24,000 nt of DNA, taken from positions 96,384 to 120,383 of the forward strand of contig JAWOFX010000088.1 of NCBI GenBank assembly GCA_046497275.1, written 5' to 3'. Position numbers and translations under genes: made by a program. Under the pieces are notes generated by a model that was given only the letters and a program-made list of their open reading frames with translations, did not search any database and was not told the origin of the DNA. This document shows positions 8,683-15,937 of this stretch, piece by piece. Numbering within the stretch: the first letter of the stretch is position 1; every line of letters starts with the position of its first letter. The DNA comes from Promethearchaeia archaeon. GTDB lineage: Archaea; Asgardarchaeota; Lokiarchaeia; Sigyniarchaeales; SOKP01.

Positions 8683-9813
8683 TTACTTGAACCATCTCGT
8701 TTGTCCGAGGGTAATGATTCGATATTTTTTTACACGATTATAATCATTCCAAAAACATCCATAACATTCTGGGATATTTTTTCTTGAATCAATTAATAAA
8801 TTTCGAAAATTTTTGTATTTTGTTCCATTCCAAATCTCAGAAAATGAATTTTTATATATATTACCCATAATATATTTTTCATTTGTAAGATAACAACAAG
8901 GTAAAACTTTCCCTGTGGCTGTAATATAGGTTGAGATCCAAGGTGTTAAACATGGTGTTTCATTTTTTAGGGTTTTTCTGTGAAGTAGTTCCAATAATTT
9001 CTCTTTCCAATTGAATAAAAAATCTTTTTTCTGTTTTTCCATATTTGAAGTTATTATAGAATTTATTTTAGCTATGGTATTTTCTATTTGTTCAGGACTA
9101 GGAACAATCCCTGAATCAACTCCAAAATCAAATACGGGTTCCAATCTAAAAGATTCTAATAATCCCCATTTTTTAAGATAATTATACATCGGTTCATATT
9201 CATCTAAATTTTTCGCTTGTAGACAGCATAGTATACGTATCATAATTTTTTTTCTATCAATCTCTGAAAGCAATTTCTCAAAATTATCAATACACTTATG
9301 AAATGTTGAGCTCTTAGTTATTTGTTCAAAAGATTCTGGGTTTGTTCCATGAAGTGAAAAAGTTAAAATAGATGGAGGATTCTCTACTAATTTTGCAATA
9401 TTCAGGGCATTCATAAGAGACATATTTGTTGGCATAGATGTTGTTATATGCTTTCGATTGCATAATGCTAAAAACTTATATATCTCAGTATTCATCAAAG
9501 GTTCACCTAAACCATTCAACGTGACATATAATGGGTGGATATTCTCAATTAAATTTTTGAATATCTTAAAAGAGATTACATTATTTAAATTTCTAATTTT
9601 TTTCAGATTATGTCTGTCGCACATAATACAATTAAAATTACATCTATCTGTAATTTCAATTTGAAGCCGAATTGGTCCATATTTAGACGCCTTTGGAGTT
9701 CCCAATATTGAATAATAAAGAACACTGAATGCTTTCTTTATATTATATAAAGTTAGAAACTGATTATTTTTAAAAATTAGTAATAAATCTTCCAGTCGCT
9801 TTTTTAATGACAT
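8683..9813 (-). CDS. Radical SAM enzyme with C-terminal SPASM-type auxiliary cluster domain
   Basis: CNFNCIMC (Cx3Cx2C) at about aa 58-65. GLGEPLMN SAM-binding motif. C-terminal Cys cluster CLTPW...GKVLPCCY...IPECYGCFWN. Confidence 0.85.
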   Translation of the reverse strand: MSLKKRLEDLLLIFKNNQFLTLYNIKKAFSVLYYSILGTPKASKYGPIRLQIEITDRCNFNCIMCDRHNLKKIRNLNNVISFKIFKNLIENIHPLYVTLNGLGEPLMNTEIYKFLALCNRKHITTSMPTNMSLMNALNIAKLVENPPSILTFSLHGTNPESFEQITKSSTFHKCIDNFEKLLSEIDRKKIMIRILCCLQAKNLDEYEPMYNYLKKWGLLESFRLEPVFDFGVDSGIVPSPEQIENTIAKINSIITSNMEKQKKDFLFNWKEKLLELLHRKTLKNETPCLTPWISTYITATGKVLPCCYLTNEKYIMGNIYKNSFSEIWNGTKYKNFRNLLIDSRKNIPECYGCFWNDYNRVKKYRIITLGQTRWFK

Positions 9814-9852
9814 TTCTGAGAATTGAAAAAATTAAAATTCTTTTAATATATT

Positions 9853-10065
9853 TTAACCCGCTGGAGAAAATATTAACGCAAAAATTCCAAGACGAGCTAA
9901 TATTACTATAATTATAAGAGATGCAGCAAAAATTACCGTTGCTATTGGACTTATCTTGATACCAATTGAAGAATCTTCGAAAAATCTCATTAAACCAGCT
10001 CCACCCATCGGCATTGGAGCACTTCCCGATCTTCTTTTTTTCCTTCGCGATTGTCTTCTAGACAT
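9853..10065 (-). CDS. secG: Sec61beta-family preprotein translocase subunit (archaeal SecG)
   Basis: 70-aa tail-anchored protein. Basic N-terminus, then GGAGLMRFFEDSSIGIKISPIATVIFAASLIIIVIL. This closely parallels the eukaryotic Sec61beta core [29 protein letters not shown] (from memory). Confidence 0.8.
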   Translation of the reverse strand: MSRRQSRRKKRRSGSAPMPMGGAGLMRFFEDSSIGIKISPIATVIFAASLIIIVILARLGIFALIFSPAG

Positions 10066-10214
10066 CTTTTTTAAATCTATTATGTATTATTATATTTAAT
10101 ATAAAGATTTTAACCTAAAAAACTATTTCTCAAAATTTAAACTCGCAAAAAATCCAAAAAGCAAGATTTTTTTAACTCATAAATTTAATTATCTTAAAAA
10201 AAATAAAAATACAA

Positions 10215-10511
10215 ATGCGGATTCGAGAATTTCAAGATTTAATACGTGATCTTTACTTCCATCAAGATTCTAAAAGAGGTTTTAACAAATGTTTCTTATG
10301 GCTCGTTGAAGAAATTGGTGAATTAGCCAGTGTTTTAAAAGAGAAAGAGTTAAATATAGAATTTATTGGAGCAGAGATGGCAGATATAATAGCTTGGATA
10401 TTCACGTTAGCAAATTTGCTAAAAATAGATATCGAAACGGCTGTGATGAAAAAATATCCTAATAAATGTCCCAAATGTGGTTCTAATCCATGTATATGTA
10501 ATAAAAATTAA
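10215..10511 (+). CDS. MazG-like nucleoside triphosphate pyrophosphohydrolase domain protein with C-terminal Cys knuckle
   Basis: 98 aa. EEIGELASV ... AEMADIIAWIFTLANLLKIDIE matches the EExxE / ExxD metal-binding helices of the all-alpha NTP-PPase fold. C-terminal KYPNKCPKCGSNPCIC. Confidence 0.75.
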   Translation: MRIREFQDLIRDLYFHQDSKRGFNKCFLWLVEEIGELASVLKEKELNIEFIGAEMADIIAWIFTLANLLKIDIETAVMKKYPNKCPKCGSNPCICNKN

Positions 10512-10622
10512 TAGTGAAGATTCTATTATTTTATTTTAAAGCGTGAAGAGAATAAACTTTAATAAATTTTTAAAATTGATTATATTAATTTTAGTTATTT
10601 AGGAAATGAAAAAAAATTGCTA

Positions 10623-12464
10623 ATGTTGAAAAAAAGAAAAATTTACTTGCTAACAACGATTTTCATATCAATCTTTATCATTAGTTCCTTTATTTCAATA
10701 TTTGATTATAATACTTGCTATAATCGTTCAAATTATGAACTACCTAAGACAGCTTCAAGCATAGAAGGAGCTTCCGATATTATAATCTCTAAAATTAATC
10801 GAACTATTGATATAAACGGATTTGGATTAACAAATTTTAAGGATTCTTTAACAATTAAAAATGAATATAATAATCCTGTCTCCTCAATTTTGATAGGAAT
10901 TCCATCTAATATTTATGATGATTTAATATATTATGAAGCAACTGGTATGGGGAAAAATAGTTTATTGGTGGAAGAGACTGATATCATAATGGATAATAAT
11001 AAAATGATGTTAGCAATATATTTTGATTCTCCACTGCTTCCTCAAGAATCTAAATCAATAATTCTCTCCCATTCTTATAAGGAACTTTTACAATACCAAC
11101 CCTCAGGGGAAAATCAAAAGATTTCTTTTACTGGAATAGTTTATCCGCTTTTCCCTTATAAAGCAGAAGGATTAATAAAAACAATTGTTATTCTGCCAAT
11201 TGGATCGACTATCATTAATTCCGATTTTTGGGGGGAGAATAACGATAATTTAATAATTTATGACCTTGAAGAATTAACCCAATCATATTTAGAACCATTT
11301 TTAGAAAACTTAGGGGAAGATAAAATAATTGAGTTATCATTCACCCATCCTTCCAAAACAAGATTGGAAATACAAAAATCCACAAGGGAAATAACAATTT
11401 CCCCGTGGGGAGTGATTAAAGTGAAAGAGAGTATTTTAATTAGGAATCTCGGCTCTATAGATCTTGGAAAATTTAACTTAAAAATACCAAAAGGGGCTCG
11501 CAATGCGAAAACAACCGATCATTTAGGGGAAATTGATGGAACTACTGTGACAGATTTACCGAATAATCCCAAATCCAAACAAATTAATCTGGATCTTACA
11601 AATAATAGGGTGACAATGAATCCAGACTCGAGTTTCAGATTTACATTAACATATCAATTAAATCTGGCAGATTATGTATCTTATAACTGGTTCAAACAAT
11701 CAATACAAATGGATATAATAACAACACGCTGTGATTTTTTAGTAAGAGATCAAATTACAAAAATCATCATAGAAAGCTCTCTTAGCATAACTGATATTTC
11801 TAATCTTCCAAATGAATTTGATGAATCGGTTGCATCTAGCATTCTCGTCTATGAATCAGATTACATTAGCAATATTGAAGAGAATAAAATTTTATTGACT
11901 TATACTCTAGATATTTTTGAAATGTTCCTCAGACCGCTAATAATTTTATTATTAATTGCATCACTGTGTTCGGGGTTTATCCTTTTTATTAAGAAAAGAA
12001 AGCAAATGGGCATTTTACCTATGATTGAAAAAGAAGAGATTCCTATAAAAGAGATCAGAGAGTTTTGTTCACTCTATGAGCAAAAAAATGCCCTTACATT
12101 AGAAATTCGAGAAGCAGAAGAGGAACTTAAGCGACGTAAATTAACTAAAAAACAATATCGTAATCTTGTTGATAAAAATGAATCAAAACTAAAGGATATT
12201 GATGAGGAAATAAAACCTTTTAAGAAAGAATTGATGGAAACAAATCAAACTTTTGAAAGCATGATAAAAAAACTAGATGTTTTAGAAGCGGAACGGCAAA
12301 CGGTCGAGGATGGATTAAAATTATTGGAAAGCAGATATAAAAAAGGGAAACTTCCTTCAAGATCAGCTTATGTAAAATTAACCAATGATTTTTTAAATAG
12401 ACGAAAAAAGATTGACAGAACAATATCTCGTTTTATACAACAATTACGTTCTTATCTCCTTTAA
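10623..12464 (+). CDS. Ribophorin I / OST1-like oligosaccharyltransferase subunit homologue
   Basis: Signal anchor, ~410-aa external domain, one TM (nt 11925-11990) followed by KKRK, then a ~155-aa coiled-coil tail. Motifs collinear with human RPN1 from memory: KINRTID (nt 10791-10811), ISFTGIVYPLFPY, ISPWGVIKVKE (nt 11397-11429). I prefer ATG 10623 to the TTG at 10617 in the track. Confidence 0.72.
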   Translation: MLKKRKIYLLTTIFISIFIISSFISIFDYNTCYNRSNYELPKTASSIEGASDIIISKINRTIDINGFGLTNFKDSLTIKNEYNNPVSSILIGIPSNIYDDLIYYEATGMGKNSLLVEETDIIMDNNKMMLAIYFDSPLLPQESKSIILSHSYKELLQYQPSGENQKISFTGIVYPLFPYKAEGLIKTIVILPIGSTIINSDFWGENNDNLIIYDLEELTQSYLEPFLENLGEDKIIELSFTHPSKTRLEIQKSTREITISPWGVIKVKESILIRNLGSIDLGKFNLKIPKGARNAKTTDHLGEIDGTTVTDLPNNPKSKQINLDLTNNRVTMNPDSSFRFTLTYQLNLADYVSYNWFKQSIQMDIITTRCDFLVRDQITKIIIESSLSITDISNLPNEFDESVASSILVYESDYISNIEENKILLTYTLDIFEMFLRPLIILLLIASLCSGFILFIKKRKQMGILPMIEKEEIPIKEIREFCSLYEQKNALTLEIREAEEELKRRKLTKKQYRNLVDKNESKLKDIDEEIKPFKKELMETNQTFESMIKKLDVLEAERQTVEDGLKLLESRYKKGKLPSRSAYVKLTNDFLNRRKKIDRTISRFIQQLRSYLL

Positions 12465-12516
12465 ATTTTTATATTCAGATGGATTAGCTAATAATAGACC
12501 TTATTTATGATAAAAA

Positions 12517-13143
12517 ATGAGACTCTGGTTATTTGATATCCTTGCATGTCCGATATGCAAGCATTATCCACTTAAGTTATACATCTTTTCGTATCAAGCA
12601 GAAGAAGATAAATTCAAAAAATATCTTAAAGATTACAATGAGAATACTTTTAATTATGAAAATCAGGATATTTTAAAAATATCTCAAGATAGTGAAGAAA
12701 AAATTTTGATTAAGGATGAAATTGTAATTGAGAAAAAACCTATAATTAAATATCTTGAAGATATTCTCACTAGTGTTGAAGAATTAAAAAATATCGAAGA
12801 TCTGAGTTCTTACGAAAAAAGCAAGAAATGCCTTTCCATTGCAAGAGAAAAGATTTTTGAGCAATTAATTGAATTCTCCAAAAAATCAGACTTAGATCAC
12901 ATTGAATCTATAATACCTGAACTTATTTTTCTGAATAAATTAAAAATTGACGCAGAAATTGAATCTGGTATTTTATTCTGCAATGAATGCAATAGATGGT
13001 TTCCCATTATCGATACAATTCCTCGGATGTTACCAGATGAGTATAGAGACAAAGCAAAGGAACTCGATTTCTTAAAAAGCAAAAAGGATATATTAAATGA
13101 AGAATTTTTTAATTTGGATCTAAAACCTTTTAATCTACAATAA
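12517..13143 (+). CDS. Trm112-family zinc-ribbon protein with a ~125-aa central insertion
   Basis: N-terminal LFDILACPICKHYPLKL and C-terminal GILFCNECNRWFPIIDTIPRMLPDE are the two halves of the Trm112p/DUF343 zinc knuckle (C11, C14, C155, C158). They are separated by a K/E-rich insert (nt ~12589-12960). Confidence 0.7.
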   Translation: MRLWLFDILACPICKHYPLKLYIFSYQAEEDKFKKYLKDYNENTFNYENQDILKISQDSEEKILIKDEIVIEKKPIIKYLEDILTSVEELKNIEDLSSYEKSKKCLSIAREKIFEQLIEFSKKSDLDHIESIIPELIFLNKLKIDAEIESGILFCNECNRWFPIIDTIPRMLPDEYRDKAKELDFLKSKKDILNEEFFNLDLKPFNLQ

Positions 13144-13150
13144 ATTGTAG

Positions 13151-13157
13151 TTAAATA
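13151..13157 (+). promoter_or_regulatory. TATA-box-like element TTAAATA centred ~26 nt upstream of the tRNA 5' end
   Basis: The position matches the canonical archaeal TATA distance. The AT-rich background makes this weak evidence. Confidence 0.3.
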
Positions 13158-13179
13158 CCATTATTACTAATTATACAAA

Positions 13180-13282
13180 AGCCCGGTGGTGTAGCGGCCA
13201 AGCATCTGGGGCCTTGAAGATGCTTTAATTCCTAAGGCTTTAGGGACACCCCGTGACCACGGTTCGAATCCGTGCCGGGCTA
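13180..13282 (+). tRNA. tRNA-Gln (anticodon UUG) with a 30-nt intron at the canonical 37/38 position
   Basis: Folded by hand. Acceptor AGCCCGG/CCGGGCT (A1-U72) with discriminator A. U8. D arm GTGT-AGCGGCCAA-GCAT. Anticodon stem TGGGG/CCCCG. Loop CCTTGAA after splicing. Variable region TGAC. T arm CACGG-TTCGAAT-CCGTG. No encoded CCA. The isotype rests on the anticodon plus my recollection that A1-U72 is typical of archaeal tRNA-Gln. Confidence 0.8.
13218..13247 (+). other. tRNA intron with a bulge-helix-bulge splicing motif
   Basis: Central 4-bp helix 13212-13215 (CCTT) with 13242-13245 (AGGG). 3-nt bulges at 13216-13218 (GAA) and 13246-13248 (ACA). Outer intron helix 13219-13227 with 13233-13241 (9 positions, one U-U mismatch, loop ATTCC). 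Confidence 0.7.
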
Positions 13283-13394
13283 TCTATATTTTCTTTACTG
13301 AAGTTTTTCTTATAAAAGTCTTATTCTTGAGTTATGGAAATTTATTTATTAAAACCATTTCGATAAATTGAAAAAAAAATAATAATTATGAAAA

Positions 13395-13453
13395 CAAAAA
13401 GCAGAATTTAATTATAAAAAAATAATATTTATCACAATTAAAAAGCAGAATTT
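13395..13453 (+). repeat. 14-nt direct repeat AAAAAGCAGAATTT (13395-13408 and 13440-13453)
   Basis: Read directly from the sequence. The second copy ends 1 nt before the ATG at 13455. The first copy lies inside a 7-codon mini-ORF, ATG AAA ACA AAA AGC AGA ATT TAA (13387-13410). Confidence 0.55.
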
Positions 13454-13454
13454 T

Positions 13455-14549
13455 ATGAGTCTTTCTGGAAAAAAAATTTGGGTTGATATAGAACAACCGA
13501 AGGCAGCAATAATGCTTTATTCTCTCATAAAGCAGTTTGAGTATGATGAGATTGATTTACTTATAACTGCTCGAGATTATGATTCCACATACCAAATCCT
13601 GGATGATCATGAGATAAAATATATTAAAGTTGGAAAGCATGGCGGTGCCAACTTAGAAAATAAATTAAAAGCACATATTGATCGATTAAGTGATTTATTT
13701 CCTCATGTTATTCGATTCAATCCGGATTATTTTGTAAACTTTATGTCTGTAGAGGGTATCCGAATAGCTTATGGATTAAAAATACCCTCTATAGGCTTCA
13801 ATGATGAGCCGAGAAATGTACCTGTATGTAAATTAATTTTCCCTTTCATTGATAATGTAATTACTCCAGAGTGTATTCCTAAAGAGGCATATGTTGAACT
13901 ATATGCCGATCCAAAGAAGATAATAAGATATAAAGGGATTGATGAGATTGCTTGGCTTTCAGATTTCAAACCAAATCCAAAAATTTTAGAGGATTATGAT
14001 TTAAAAAAAGGAGAATATGTAATAATGCGAAGTGAACCATCTGCAGCCTGTTATTTTATAGATAAGTTGAAACCAGATGAAACTTTATTAAGTGAAATCT
14101 TCCCGCCAATACATAAAAAATTCCCTAATCACAAATATTTTCTCTTAGCAAGAAATAGGAATCAGGAGGATTATTTACACAATAAATTAAAAAAATACAA
14201 GGATAATCCAAATTTAGTCATAACTCGTTATTTACCACATTTAGATGATTTTTGTTTTTATAGTGGGCTAGTTATTAGTGGAGGAGGAACAATAGTTAGA
14301 GAGTCCAGTTTGCTGAGCGTTCCAAGTATAGAATTCTTTCCCGGACCAACAGCTCCACAAGAAATGTTTTTAAAAAATAATGGCTTTCCTTTAGAACATA
14401 TCGAAGAATTAGATAGAATTATAAAAAGATCCATTTATGTTCTTAAAGAGGGTTTTGATACTACGAGAATCAAAAATTTTAAAAACAGAGTTAAGCAATT
14501 TGAAAATCCTATAAAAATTTGTTATAATTATGTTAGAATAAATATTTAA
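13455..14549 (+). CDS. DUF354-family protein (predicted GT-B fold, MurG/epimerase-like)
   Basis: 364 aa. The N-terminus KKIWVDIEQPKAAIMLYSLIKQF...DLLITARDYDSTYQILD...KVGKHGG matches my memory of the archaeal DUF354 consensus (IWIDI...ITARDY...). The C-terminal half has ISGGGTIVRESSLLSVPSIE, the nucleotide-sugar-binding-like part of a GT-B fold. Confidence 0.7.
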   Translation: MSLSGKKIWVDIEQPKAAIMLYSLIKQFEYDEIDLLITARDYDSTYQILDDHEIKYIKVGKHGGANLENKLKAHIDRLSDLFPHVIRFNPDYFVNFMSVEGIRIAYGLKIPSIGFNDEPRNVPVCKLIFPFIDNVITPECIPKEAYVELYADPKKIIRYKGIDEIAWLSDFKPNPKILEDYDLKKGEYVIMRSEPSAACYFIDKLKPDETLLSEIFPPIHKKFPNHKYFLLARNRNQEDYLHNKLKKYKDNPNLVITRYLPHLDDFCFYSGLVISGGGTIVRESSLLSVPSIEFFPGPTAPQEMFLKNNGFPLEHIEELDRIIKRSIYVLKEGFDTTRIKNFKNRVKQFENPIKICYNYVRINI

Positions 14550-14572
14550 TTAAAAAATTCAAATCTATAAAA

Positions 14573-15937
14573 ATGGAATCTCCAACAGACATTCAATGGG
14601 ACTTTTTTAGCATCCTTTTTCTCTTATTTTCAGCGACTATAGGATTTATCATAACATATTTAATTATGCCACATTTAATCAGATACATGAAAAAGAAAGG
14701 TTTTATGGGAATTGATATCCATAAAAATTCCAAACCAGAAGTTGCTGAATCCGGAGGGTTGGGGATGCTAATAGGATTCATTGCATCATCAACTTTTTTA
14801 TATCTCGTTTTTCCTCTGTATAGAAATATCATTTTAATTGTCCAAATGACACTTATTATTGCAGGGGTTATTGGATTTATTGACGATAGAATTAGATTGA
14901 GAACCCGCTATAAATTATTATTAACTCTTAGTCTTGGAATTATAATTTTCCTCTCTAACTATTTAGAATTTATAAATATTAAAAATCCAGTGCTTCCAAT
15001 TTTAAGCCAGTTAAGACTTAATTTAATTTATCCAATTTTAATTCCTTTAGTGGTAACAGTATTCGCAAATACTGTTAATATGTTAGAGGGATATAATGGA
15101 GAAGGATCTGGTACAAGTATCATCTCTATTGCTTTTCTATTAATATGCAGTTTAATTTGGAATACAATGGAAGGTTTAATGTTTTCTCTGATTTCTCTTT
15201 CGGTTATAATACCATTTTATTTTTTCAATAAGTATCCGGCAAAAGTCTTTCCAGGTGATGTTGGAACACTCTCTATGGGTGTTATGATAGCAAGTATCGC
15301 TCTTTTTGGTGGCTTACTGCCTGCGGCATTCTGTACACTTTTAACTCATGTATTTAACAGTTTTTATTATATATCTTCTGTAAGAGGGTTTTTTGAGAGT
15401 GAGAAAATTCATGAATTAAGAGATGATATTATCTTACTTGGAGATGATAAAATTAAGCCCTCGGAGGAAAAAGAAGCTCTTCTCACCATGCCACGTCTTA
15501 TTTTAGTCAAAGGTCCTTTAACTGAATCTAAATTGGTTAAAAATCTCTTCCTAATATCACTTATTAGCGGTTTTTTAGGAATTATAACCACTTTTCTTAT
15601 GTGTTGGACTATAGGAGAAATCAATATCCTTTATCTTCTAACCTTTTCCATACCATGTTTTATTATGATTGGATTATTAGTATTTTTCTTTCCAAGAATT
15701 AGAGATATTGCTCTTCAGATGATAATATTATATTTTATCGGAATTATAATATTGTATCTTATAGATTTTCTAATAGTTCCAATTCAAATAACTGTAGATT
15801 TATATTTTATTAAAATACCCGTAAATATTTTACTTTCAATACTTATAATTATTCCAGGATTAATTTTATGGTACATAATAACTATTTTTTACGTGAATAG
15901 GAAATTAACTTTAAATAATAAATCAATTCAAAAATAA
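14573..15937 (+). CDS. Polyprenyl(dolichyl)-phosphate N-acetylhexosamine-1-phosphate transferase, AglH/Alg7(GPT)/WecA/MraY superfamily
   Basis: 454-aa polytopic membrane protein. GFIDDR (DD at nt 14882-14887). NTVNMLEGYNGEGSG (compare the eukaryotic/archaeal NxxNxxAGxNGLExG). VFPGDVGTLSMG (the xxGDxG Asp motif). A ~60-aa cytosolic loop is followed by extra C-terminal helices. Confidence 0.85.
   Translation: MESPTDIQWDFFSILFLLFSATIGFIITYLIMPHLIRYMKKKGFMGIDIHKNSKPEVAESGGLGMLIGFIASSTFLYLVFPLYRNIILIVQMTLIIAGVIGFIDDRIRLRTRYKLLLTLSLGIIIFLSNYLEFINIKNPVLPILSQLRLNLIYPILIPLVVTVFANTVNMLEGYNGEGSGTSIISIAFLLICSLIWNTMEGLMFSLISLSVIIPFYFFNKYPAKVFPGDVGTLSMGVMIASIALFGGLLPAAFCTLLTHVFNSFYYISSVRGFFESEKIHELRDDIILLGDDKIKPSEEKEALLTMPRLILVKGPLTESKLVKNLFLISLISGFLGIITTFLMCWTIGEINILYLLTFSIPCFIMIGLLVFFFPRIRDIALQMIILYFIGIIILYLIDFLIVPIQITVDLYFIKIPVNILLSILIIIPGLILWYIITIFYVNRKLTLNNKSIQK

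Noticed and set aside
13231-13244. Alternative intron hairpin CCTAA-GGCT-TTAGG, and the GCATCT/AGATGC complementarity (13202-13207 with 13218-13223)
   Set aside because: Both compete with the D stem or with the canonical bulge-helix-bulge fold. The BHB fold explains both splice sites symmetrically, so I kept that fold.
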